A stretch of DNA of 32,000 nucleotides from an uncultured archaeon (GTDB taxonomy: Archaea > Iainarchaeota > Iainarchaeia > Iainarchaeales > CSSED10-239): assembly GCA_964496765.1 (NCBI GenBank), contig CAZCAP010000004.1:1-32000 (forward strand), read 5' to 3'. The notes under the pieces are model-generated. The model saw only the letters and a program-made list of their open reading frames with translations. It did not search any database and had not been told where the DNA came from. Both the position numbers and the translations under genes were made by a program. Positions 9,015 to 17,168 of the stretch are shown here, piece after piece (position 1 is the first letter of the stretch; the number at the start of each line of letters is the position of its first letter).

Positions 9015-9658
9015 ATCCAAATAAAATTGAGACAATATATAGGATATTAAAAAAACAGCTTAAAGGGTACAGCATTCCAATTGCTGAACAGGTACATGTG
9101 AAGAATAAAGAGCCTTTCTTTGTTTTAATTGCAACCATTCTTTCCGCAAGAACAAAAGATACAACAACTTCTAAGGTTTGTAATAGATTATTTAACAAAA
9201 TTAAATCATTTTCAGATATTGAAAACAGTTCTCAAAAAGAGCTAGAAAAATTAATATATCCCGTTGGATTTTACAGAACCAAGGCAAAGAATCTTAAAAA
9301 GTTGCCAACAGAAATTAATGATATATTTCTTGGACAGATCCCATCAGAAATTGATGATCTAATTAAATTATCTGGAGTAGGAAGAAAAACTGCAAATCTG
9401 GTTAGATCAGTGGCATTTAATAAACCAGGGATCTGTGTTGATACTCACGTACACAGAATTACAAATCGTCTTGGATTTTTAAAAACCAAAAGCCCAAATG
9501 AAACAGAAATGGAACTTAGGAAAATCATACCCAAAAAATACTGGAAAGATACAAACTATTTATTTGTTATACTTGGACAGAATATTTGTTTCCCAAGAAA
9601 TCCAAATTGTAAAAACTGCCCAATCAATACTTATTGTCCAAAGATAAATGTGAAATAA
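9011..9658 (+). CDS. nth: Endonuclease III (DNA glycosylase/AP lyase)
   Basis: HhH-GPD motif LSGVGRKTANLV...DTHVHR and a C-terminal 4Fe-4S cluster C-x6-C-x2-C-x5-C (CFPRNPNCKNCPINTYC). Confidence 0.9.
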   Translation: MNPNKIETIYRILKKQLKGYSIPIAEQVHVKNKEPFFVLIATILSARTKDTTTSKVCNRLFNKIKSFSDIENSSQKELEKLIYPVGFYRTKAKNLKKLPTEINDIFLGQIPSEIDDLIKLSGVGRKTANLVRSVAFNKPGICVDTHVHRITNRLGFLKTKSPNETEMELRKIIPKKYWKDTNYLFVILGQNICFPRNPNCKNCPINTYCPKINVK

Positions 9659-9661
9659 ACT

Positions 9662-10438
9662 TTATCTTATATTAACTGGTTTTGATTTTTGCACGTTTTT
9701 CATAAACTCATGGAATTCATTCTGAGCAAGAGAGTACTTTCTTTTTAGATCACCAAGATATTTTTCTTTAAGATGATGACTAGGATAAATAAATGTTTTA
9801 ATTCTATAATCATAGGCTTTTAATGGAAAGTAGTAACACATCTTAAGTAGTAGATCTATAAAAAAATTCTTTTCTGGACGACTGTGAAGATATTTGTTAG
9901 TTAGCATATATCTAAACACAACATCATTGGCAAATTTATACATTATAAGTTTTGGAAAATACACATGTAGCTCATCCTTATATTTTTCATAGGCCTTTGG
10001 AAAGTCTCTCTTCAGAGTTCTTTTAAATAATGCTTTTGGATAACGTCTAATCTTCATGTTATTTCTTTCGCGAGCAACTTCTGCTTCCAGAAAGAATTCT
10101 AAAACAAGATGTTCAACCCTATTGAACATTCCAATCTTCATCAAATGACCATGAATGTGCTTATCAAGTATGAAATGAGAAACAAAACCAATAGCAAAAG
10201 ATCTTTCCTTGCTATTATGTGCTTCTAGAAATAATTTTTTTGCAACATCTAATCCAAAATCATTTGTGTGTAATGCAACACCAAAATTTGCTTTCTTCCT
10301 ACCAAATAACTTAACATAATATACATCAGCTAGGATAGATCCAAAATATGCATGAGGTAAATCTACTTTTTTAAATAAATTAGGATACCTATAATATTCT
10401 TCTTTAACAAAATGTATGTGTGTTGCCTGGGTTGCCAT
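9662..10438 (-). CDS. Hypothetical His-rich protein, possibly a zinc-dependent phospholipase C-like hydrolase
   Basis: N-terminal ATHIHF, HTNDFG and SHFILDKHIHGH resemble the metal-ligand pattern of the zinc PLC-like family. Weak, from memory only. Confidence 0.4.
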   Translation of the reverse strand: MATQATHIHFVKEEYYRYPNLFKKVDLPHAYFGSILADVYYVKLFGRKKANFGVALHTNDFGLDVAKKLFLEAHNSKERSFAIGFVSHFILDKHIHGHLMKIGMFNRVEHLVLEFFLEAEVARERNNMKIRRYPKALFKRTLKRDFPKAYEKYKDELHVYFPKLIMYKFANDVVFRYMLTNKYLHSRPEKNFFIDLLLKMCYYFPLKAYDYRIKTFIYPSHHLKEKYLGDLKRKYSLAQNEFHEFMKNVQKSKPVNIR

Positions 10439-10450
10439 AAGATCTCTCCA

Positions 10451-11125
10451 TTAGTTTACTTCACAATTAAAATCCTGTAGATCAGATACATTATAGTATA
10501 CATTATTATCCACAACGATTGCAGGGTAGTGTACAACATTATAATCCGAAATAATTTGATTTAATATTATTATATCTTTATTATAGGGGAGGACAAAAAC
10601 ATTTATATTATCGCACCTATCAGATAATGAATTTAGAGTATCTTCAAATAAACTATTTATGTGTTCATCCTTAATTTGATCTAACTTTCCTTGATTTATT
10701 GTTTCTGAATAAAAATATAAAATCAAGGTTTTATTTTTATCACAATCTATATTTAATTTTTTATGATACATCCACAGTTTAACATTAGTGAGTACATACA
10801 TATATTTTATATAATTACTTGTTGGTACAAGTGCGTTTTCGTTTATTTGTTTCAGTCTATCAAATAATTGTCTATTGAGATTATATTCAGCACTATATTG
10901 TTTCTCAAGAATGCTACATTTTTCCTGTACATTGTTTGTATCTTCTATATAAACCATAAATAAATCATCAAGAACCATTTGTTGATTTAATAGTTTGATG
11001 TCTTCCTCATAACCATTCTTTTTGTAATTATCATAGCCCATAACTCCAAAAAAGATAATTATTAACATAATTAATAATATTAGAAAGGCAGTCAAAAAAA
11101 CATTGAAACTTATGTATTTTACCAT
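10451..11125 (-). CDS. N-terminally membrane-anchored hypothetical protein (224 aa)
   Basis: One N-terminal TM helix (FNVFLTAFLILLIMLIIIFFGV) followed by a soluble domain. Its start overlaps the GT2 stop by 7 nt. Confidence 0.6.
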   Translation of the reverse strand: MVKYISFNVFLTAFLILLIMLIIIFFGVMGYDNYKKNGYEEDIKLLNQQMVLDDLFMVYIEDTNNVQEKCSILEKQYSAEYNLNRQLFDRLKQINENALVPTSNYIKYMYVLTNVKLWMYHKKLNIDCDKNKTLILYFYSETINQGKLDQIKDEHINSLFEDTLNSLSDRCDNINVFVLPYNKDIIILNQIISDYNVVHYPAIVVDNNVYYNVSDLQDFNCEVN

Positions 11126-12450
11126 TTATATTTCACTCCAAAAACACCATATATAATACTAATAATACTTATCAAAAGTAATATAAAACCATGTACAAAA
11201 ATCATATAAATTAATGGAATTATATATTTCCTTTCCATCTTAAAATTATTATATTCAAAAGAGATAATAATAAAATAAAGTGCAACAGTGACTGAAATTA
11301 AAACTAATAACAATAACGAATTCATAAATGGAGTAAAAGAAATGTGAAGATGAAATAGATCCGAAAAAGAAAACCCATAGTGTACGAAATTTAAGATATA
11401 ATAATATAAATTTAGAACTAAAGTGCTTACAAAATTATATATGGCCTTAGAAACAAATAACATTCCAAGAATTAAAGATAAATTAGTATATATGAAGAAA
11501 AATGAGAAAAAACCAATATTTTTTTTAAATAAAAAATGAATGTACTTACTGGTTACATCATAACCCCCTCTAAACCACCTGATTCTTTGAGTAAAAAATC
11601 CTTTCCAGGTATTTGGAACAACTGTTTTTGCCTTTGCATCAATAACAAACTCTGCTCTATAACCCTGTTCAATAAATTTATACACTATTTCCTTATCCTC
11701 TGTAATGTTTTTCACATCATATCCTCCAACCTGATTAAATATCTTTCTTTTATAGAGACAAAGTGCTCCTGTTCCAATATCCAATGAATTCATTGCAGTC
11801 ATAATCATTCTAGGGAAACCAAAACCAAAGTTATACTCAACCACCTGCATTCTTTCAATAAATGAATTTGTATTTGTTACTCCCACAGAACCAATTGCCA
11901 TCACAACATTATCCCTAAGAGTTCCTGTGAGTTTCATTAGGACATCCTTATTTGGAATGGTATCCCCATCCACCTGGAATATATTTTCTTCCTTTATATA
12001 TTTTAATCCTTTATTTAACACAACAGATTTAAGATTAATATCAGATTTCTGAAAATATTTTTTAGAAAGGATTATTTGCTTAACTCCAGAAACATTATCT
12101 AGAAACTTACAGGTGCCATCGGTTATAACATAGATGGTAAATGGGATTGGATATTTTAGTTTTTTTAATCTTTCAACAGTTAAAAGAATTGCTTGAAAAT
12201 TATTATAGGCATAGGTTACAACTGCAACCGTAGGAACTTTCTTTGGAAATGGTTTGGAGTTAGAGACTGTTGGGTGTACCTTTGCAATAATTATAGAAAG
12301 TATTAAAAAATAAAATAAAAAGCCAAAGGTTATTAAAATAAAGTAAATATTATAGCGTTTTACGAATAAACTAAATAAAATAACGACTATAAATACAAAT
12401 AAATAAAAAATTCTTTTTTTAATTAATAAATCTATTTTTTTAAAACACAT
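11119..12450 (-). CDS. Membrane-integrated processive family-2 glycosyltransferase (polysaccharide synthase-like)
   Basis: N-terminal TM pair, a cytoplasmic GT-A domain with VITDG, QVDGDT (DxD) and NITEDKE (TED), and QRIRWFRGG (QxxRW). Four to five C-terminal TM helices complete the NodC/PgaC/chitin-synthase architecture. Confidence 0.85.
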   Translation of the reverse strand: MCFKKIDLLIKKRIFYLFVFIVVILFSLFVKRYNIYFILITFGFLFYFLILSIIIAKVHPTVSNSKPFPKKVPTVAVVTYAYNNFQAILLTVERLKKLKYPIPFTIYVITDGTCKFLDNVSGVKQIILSKKYFQKSDINLKSVVLNKGLKYIKEENIFQVDGDTIPNKDVLMKLTGTLRDNVVMAIGSVGVTNTNSFIERMQVVEYNFGFGFPRMIMTAMNSLDIGTGALCLYKRKIFNQVGGYDVKNITEDKEIVYKFIEQGYRAEFVIDAKAKTVVPNTWKGFFTQRIRWFRGGYDVTSKYIHFLFKKNIGFFSFFFIYTNLSLILGMLFVSKAIYNFVSTLVLNLYYYILNFVHYGFSFSDLFHLHISFTPFMNSLLLLVLISVTVALYFIIISFEYNNFKMERKYIIPLIYMIFVHGFILLLISIISIIYGVFGVKYKW

Positions 12451-12521
12451 ATTAATTCTATTTTGTTATATATATCAGACATAATATCTATTTGAAACTA
12501 TTTAAAAACATACTACATATT

Positions 12522-14051
12522 TTATTTATTATTAAAAATATTATAATTAAGATAATTACAACACAGATTCATAAATTTATATTTATTAAATAAAACAGCA
12601 CAGGGTTCACTATATGGTTGAATGCCTTGATTACTAATTACTCCAAATTTAAAAATATCATAAAATTTCTCAGAGTAATCTGATTTTTCATTACAATCAG
12701 AACGATCACCTAAAACTAAAAAATATCTGTTCTTATAAATTACTGGAAAAGTACTTTCTAAAAGTAGTTGATTTTCTAAAGGGTATTGATATAAATATAA
12801 AATCATTATTTTGTGATTGTAAATAGATAGATCATTAAAATAAATTTCAATGGGGAGCAAAAGAATATTTTCATCTATATAACTAAAATATATCCAATTA
12901 TCAGAGTAGATTAAACAATCATTTAGATTGACATCAGTTATAAATTCAACAGCAGACACATATCTTTCTTTTAAGTGTTTATCAGAAGTATAGTTAATAT
13001 ACAATATACACAAAGAACTAATAATTAATAGAATAATTAATAGCCAATACAATTTTTTAAAACTAAATATATTTGTGAACTCAATGATTTTTTTGTTACA
13101 CCTAAATAAAGATAAAAACCAAACTAAACCAAAATATGTGAAGTAGGCCAGCGGTAATGCAATTACAAACAAATACCTAGCATCTTTAAAAGGAATTGAA
13201 AAATAAGAATAGATAGTATACAGCAGAATAATAAACATGATAATTGAAATCCTAAGGTTTATTAATTTATTAATTTTTGATTTATATTTAATAATTGCAT
13301 AACCAACAAAACACAAACCAACAATCATGAGTAGAAATAGGATTGACTGATTATAAATAAAGTGTATTAGCTGAGGTGCTTGTTCAAGGCCAACTCTAGA
13401 AGTGATGTTTTGAAAATATTGATCAGCTATACTTGTGAAAAAGTTTCCAAACTTAATACGATTATATATTAACCACGGACAAAAAGTAATTAAAAATAAT
13501 AAAATACTCTTAATTTTATTACCTACACCCCTATGAAACAATAATAATACTCCAAAAACAATTCCTGCGTATCTAGTAAGTGCTGATAACCCGAGGAATA
13601 AACCAGCAATCCAATTATTTTTTAAAATAAAATAAATTCCAAATATCAAGAAAGTAAGGGATAATAATTCTGTTCCGTTTAACAGTCCATAAAAAAGAAC
13701 CATTGGGGTTAGTAGCAATAAATAAAATAATTCTTTATTAAAATTCAAAGTTTTAGATAGAAGCACAACACCTATGCAAAAAGATATATTAACTAATATA
13801 ATATAAATTATTTCTGCAGTAGCATACCCACTAATTTGTGCAAATAAACCTATTAGGAAAGAAGTTAATGGAGGTCTAAAGGTCTCAAAATAAACCCCAT
13901 TATCAAACAAGTGTTTTGCATTTAAAACATATGCTATAAAATCCCAAGAAAAAACAAAAACGTGTTGAACTATAAAAAATAAAGTTGTAATTAAAAGAAT
14001 CAATAAGATATATTTATTTTTTTTAATAAAGTCAATAATTTTTCTATTCAC
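12522..14051 (-). CDS. Polytopic GT-C type glycosyltransferase (ArnT/PMT-like)
   Basis: 509 aa with more than 10 TM helices, an acidic/aromatic first loop (SWDFIAYV) and a C-terminal soluble domain. GTG start. Confidence 0.6.
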   Translation of the reverse strand: MNRKIIDFIKKNKYILLILLITTLFFIVQHVFVFSWDFIAYVLNAKHLFDNGVYFETFRPPLTSFLIGLFAQISGYATAEIIYIILVNISFCIGVVLLSKTLNFNKELFYLLLLTPMVLFYGLLNGTELLSLTFLIFGIYFILKNNWIAGLFLGLSALTRYAGIVFGVLLLFHRGVGNKIKSILLFLITFCPWLIYNRIKFGNFFTSIADQYFQNITSRVGLEQAPQLIHFIYNQSILFLLMIVGLCFVGYAIIKYKSKINKLINLRISIIMFIILLYTIYSYFSIPFKDARYLFVIALPLAYFTYFGLVWFLSLFRCNKKIIEFTNIFSFKKLYWLLIILLIISSLCILYINYTSDKHLKERYVSAVEFITDVNLNDCLIYSDNWIYFSYIDENILLLPIEIYFNDLSIYNHKIMILYLYQYPLENQLLLESTFPVIYKNRYFLVLGDRSDCNEKSDYSEKFYDIFKFGVISNQGIQPYSEPCAVLFNKYKFMNLCCNYLNYNIFNNK

Positions 14052-14066
14052 AATTATTCCTCAAAA

Positions 14067-14948
14067 TTAAATTAGGTGTAATTTGGACAGTCGTTTCTCA
14101 ATAGAAGGTAAAAGATATGCTTTTCTTGAAATCAACCAATTATGGGTTGTATTTTGAAAATGTTTTGAAAGCTCTCCAAAGTAATATATCCTGGTGATCT
14201 TTTGTTTTAGATCTATAAAAATTAATATTTCTAAGTCAAACTCATTTTTCAGGTATTTTCTTGCAACAGCTACGTCAAAAAATTCACCATAGGTTCTTAT
14301 GTTTACCATTAATATAGAAAAATCACCAACAGAAACTATCTTTCTATCCTCTAGCATTCTTTGTTTAATACTTTTTTTAGTATTTAATTCAAACACATCC
14401 AATAAAACTTTTTGTCCACTGGGCAATCCACTATATTTTTTTTTTAATTCAAAAATTGCTTTTTTATCAGCTATCCTTGTGGCATCACTTGAAAGATTAA
14501 ATGTATCTACAATAATAGCATAGTAAAATAATTGTGCTTCATTTCTAGTAATTAAAATCGTCTCTTTTTTATAGAGATAATAAATTATAGTTGCACAGGC
14601 ACCCCAATTATTACATTTTTTAAATACTTTTACTTTTTGTGATTTACATGTTCTATGATGATCAATTATTCCAAACAATTCATTTGAATATCCTTTTCTA
14701 CCTATTGATGATTCTGGAGAATTGTGGTCAACCAATACAAATTGATCTGTTTTATTTATTCTTTGATTTTTTGAAAACTCAAAACCAAGTTTATTTATTA
14801 TATTAATTAAATGTTTATTTTCTTTACCAAAATAGATTGCTTTTGATTCTAAATTAAACTTTTTTTTAATATATTTAGGAGTAAGAACAGACGAAGCAAT
14901 ACTATCTAAATCAGTTGTTGGATAGGTGTGACCAGTTATATATATCAT
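14067..14948 (-). CDS. ppaC: DHH-DHHA2 phosphoesterase, family II (Mn-dependent) inorganic pyrophosphatase-like
   Basis: Matches blocks I recall from Bacillus PpaC: ITGHTYPTTDLDSIASS (H-x3-D-x-D), LVDHN, IIDHHR, AIIVDT and a C-terminal ISRK. Confidence 0.75.
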   Translation of the reverse strand: MIYITGHTYPTTDLDSIASSVLTPKYIKKKFNLESKAIYFGKENKHLINIINKLGFEFSKNQRINKTDQFVLVDHNSPESSIGRKGYSNELFGIIDHHRTCKSQKVKVFKKCNNWGACATIIYYLYKKETILITRNEAQLFYYAIIVDTFNLSSDATRIADKKAIFELKKKYSGLPSGQKVLLDVFELNTKKSIKQRMLEDRKIVSVGDFSILMVNIRTYGEFFDVAVARKYLKNEFDLEILIFIDLKQKITRIYYFGELSKHFQNTTHNWLISRKAYLLPSIEKRLSKLHLI

Positions 14949-14959
14949 AATTTTCCTAT

Positions 14960-15073
14960 TTATTCATTAGTAATCAAATATATTAGATACATAATATATA
15001 GAATGTAAAGTATATAAAAACTATAGTTTGGATAACTAATTTGCTTGGACACGCACCCCCCTCCAATAGACAT
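14960..15073 (-). CDS. Candidate 37-aa micro-ORF (Gly3-Cys then a Tyr/Ile/Leu-rich hydrophobic tail)
   Basis: ATG at 15073 is preceded by ACTACAAGGGGGGG (G7), sharing a 12-nt leader with the Alba gene. The stop is 11 nt upstream of the ppaC-like ATG. It overlaps TATA-like sequence, so it may be fortuitous. Confidence 0.2.
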   Translation of the reverse strand: MSIGGGCVSKQISYPNYSFYILYILYIMYLIYLITNE

Positions 15074-15188
15074 ATACCCCCCCTTGTAGTACATATATAA
15101 TAGAAAATAGGAAAAGCGGAGGAGTATGAAGAAGAGGTGAAATTCCTCTTTTCTACTCTTTTGATTTAATTTTTTTAGAAACAATTAG

Positions 15189-15214
15189 GATGATCTGGTC
15201 TGCCCCAGATCATC
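15189..15214. promoter_or_regulatory. Perfect 10-bp inverted repeat (GATGATCTGG-N6-CCAGATCATC) in a divergent intergenic region
   Basis: Read directly. It is relatively GC-rich for this region and sits 55 nt upstream of the PolB-like ATG. Confidence 0.4.
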
Positions 15215-15268
15215 TCTCTCCCCTAGTAATTAAAAAACAGAATTGTGAAACAAAGAGGTAAATAGATT

Positions 15269-16735
15269 ATGAAAAAATTATATTTATTAAACTCTCTATA
15301 TGAGAATGAAAAAAACAGAATTGTGCTTTATTTCGCAGATAATATTCTTTCATCTAAATTTGATTTCACATATAAAGAAAAGTTTAATCCCTATTTTTAT
15401 GTTGATATCCCACTAGATCTTGGAAAAAAACTTCTTTATGAATTTAAAGGAGACATCAAAGTAGAATTAATTGAACCCAATATAATTAAAGTAAAAGCAA
15501 GAAATTATGAAATTTTACAAAAGAGCTCAAAAATCATCTCACTATCCACAGGTAAGAACATAATACTTCTAGAACCAGAAAGACAATATTTATTAAATAA
15601 TAACTGGAGTTATTATGACACATTCTGTATAACCCACGAAAATAAAATTAAAAAAATAAAAGATACAAATGATTTACACATTGCAATTAAAAATGTAATA
15701 GAAAATTTGGATAACACGGAAAAGATTAGGCTTAGCACAATACTTACAAAGAAACTAATAACCTGTAATCTATTATCCATAAAACCAAACACAGAACTCC
15801 CAAACGAACAAATATTAAATATGCTATTTGAAAATAATTTTTATAAAAAAGCACTAGTTATAAAAAACAAACCAATCATTTCAATCCCAAAAAGAAAAGA
15901 AATATTAAACAAAAGCTATTGCCTTGATTTTTCAGGAGTGATTCCACATCTTCTTCTAAAAGAAAATTACAATATTGGATTTGAAACTATTAACTGCACC
16001 TGTTGCAAGCCAAACCAAATATTTGAAGCAAATACATTATCAAATTCATTAGTTGAAGTAAGATTTGAAAAAAATGGATTTTATTTCATATCAACCAACA
16101 AACAATTTAGATACAAATACCACCAGGAGGATGAAAGAAAAGAAAATAGGCTTATTTATATGCACGAAAATAAGATTAGAGACCTTCCATCAGGTCCTTT
16201 TTTCTCTGGAGAAAAGCAATTAATTCCATTATCTGATGCAATCAGATTAACTGAAACTGGGGATGTTACCATAACCCATGAAAACAACAAACTTAGTTGG
16301 TATTGCCTAAAGAACGAGTCATTTATATCTGAAATAATTTCTAGATTAATAAAAAGATTAAAAATCATAGAAAAATCAATATCCATTAGTAATTATTTAA
16401 ATTATTCTAAAAAAATATCAAACGAACTTGATAATAATTTTTCATACACTCTATACATGACCGAATATGCTCTTCTATTAAATCTATTATCAGAAATACC
16501 AATATTTATGGCCCACACAAACACTAAGTTTTATACTCCTGAAGTCACAAGTGCAATTAAAACAATTAAAGAAGATCTGATAGTAAGAGCATCGCCATCA
16601 CCAGAGGATGTTCCAAGATTTACAGAGGTTACAGAAAAAGAAAATATATGTACAACTAACAAGAATTTTGTTTTAGATATAAATACATATTTCACAAAAA
16701 TAAATCTTCCAATTCCTAGATTAGTGGTTAGTTAA
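15269..16735 (+). CDS. Family-B DNA polymerase-derived protein lacking the exonuclease domain and catalytic motifs B/C (putatively inactive)
   Basis: ATG with AGGT SD. Blocks FNPYFYV, ILLEPERQYLLNNN, ILNMLFENNFYKKALVIKNKP and YCLDFSGVIPHLLL occur in the same order as Thermococcales PolB FxPYFYA, [37 protein letters not shown] and YLDFRSLYPSIII. Assignment is from memory of those motifs. Confidence 0.5.
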   Translation: MKKLYLLNSLYENEKNRIVLYFADNILSSKFDFTYKEKFNPYFYVDIPLDLGKKLLYEFKGDIKVELIEPNIIKVKARNYEILQKSSKIISLSTGKNIILLEPERQYLLNNNWSYYDTFCITHENKIKKIKDTNDLHIAIKNVIENLDNTEKIRLSTILTKKLITCNLLSIKPNTELPNEQILNMLFENNFYKKALVIKNKPIISIPKRKEILNKSYCLDFSGVIPHLLLKENYNIGFETINCTCCKPNQIFEANTLSNSLVEVRFEKNGFYFISTNKQFRYKYHQEDERKENRLIYMHENKIRDLPSGPFFSGEKQLIPLSDAIRLTETGDVTITHENNKLSWYCLKNESFISEIISRLIKRLKIIEKSISISNYLNYSKKISNELDNNFSYTLYMTEYALLLNLLSEIPIFMAHTNTKFYTPEVTSAIKTIKEDLIVRASPSPEDVPRFTEVTEKENICTTNKNFVLDINTYFTKINLPIPRLVVS

Positions 16736-16767
16736 GAATAATATTTCTGCACAGGGTAAATTTAACT

Positions 16768-17046
16768 TTATTTAAGTAAGGTTATTTCTATTGCTGACAC
16801 CTTCATGGGAGTATTATTTTCTGTGATTATCTCTTCAGTGGAAATATCTATACTCTTTATCTTTAGTGTGTTCACAAATTTATTTTTAACAATCTCTGCA
16901 ACATCAACAGCTTTTGATATTGTTTTTCCTCTTGCTTTGATAATTACTGAGTCAACACCCTGATTAAACTGTGTAATAACAGCTAAAACATAGGACATTG
17001 TATTCTTCTTTCCTATATAAATTATGTTATTTTCAGTCGTGTCCAT
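16768..17046 (-). CDS. albA: Alba DNA/RNA-binding chromatin protein
   Basis: 92 aa; [18 protein letters not shown]......[19 protein letters not shown] is a typical Alba pattern. Strong G5 SD. Confidence 0.9.
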   Translation of the reverse strand: MDTTENNIIYIGKKNTMSYVLAVITQFNQGVDSVIIKARGKTISKAVDVAEIVKNKFVNTLKIKSIDISTEEIITENNTPMKVSAIEITLLK

Positions 17047-17168
17047 ATTTTTCCCCCTTGTAGTTTTAGTTGTTGCTTTGTGAGAATTGTGTAATTAATT
17101 TATATATATATTAATAGAAAGTATTTAAAAACACTAATTTTAGAGGAAAAAAGCAGACACCATACAAT

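Noticed and set aside
15051-15090. C6/C7 tracts as a G-quadruplex element or GC-rich ncRNA
   Set aside because: Only two G-runs are present on the minus strand, too few for a three-layer intramolecular quadruplex. The runs are better explained as an SD-like leader plus Gly codons of a candidate micro-ORF.
14960-15184. Full-length 74-aa track ORF
   Set aside because: It has a TTG start, extreme Tyr/Leu/Ile/Phe low complexity from TATA-like DNA, and overlaps the probable promoter region. Only the shorter ATG-initiated version is kept, at low confidence.
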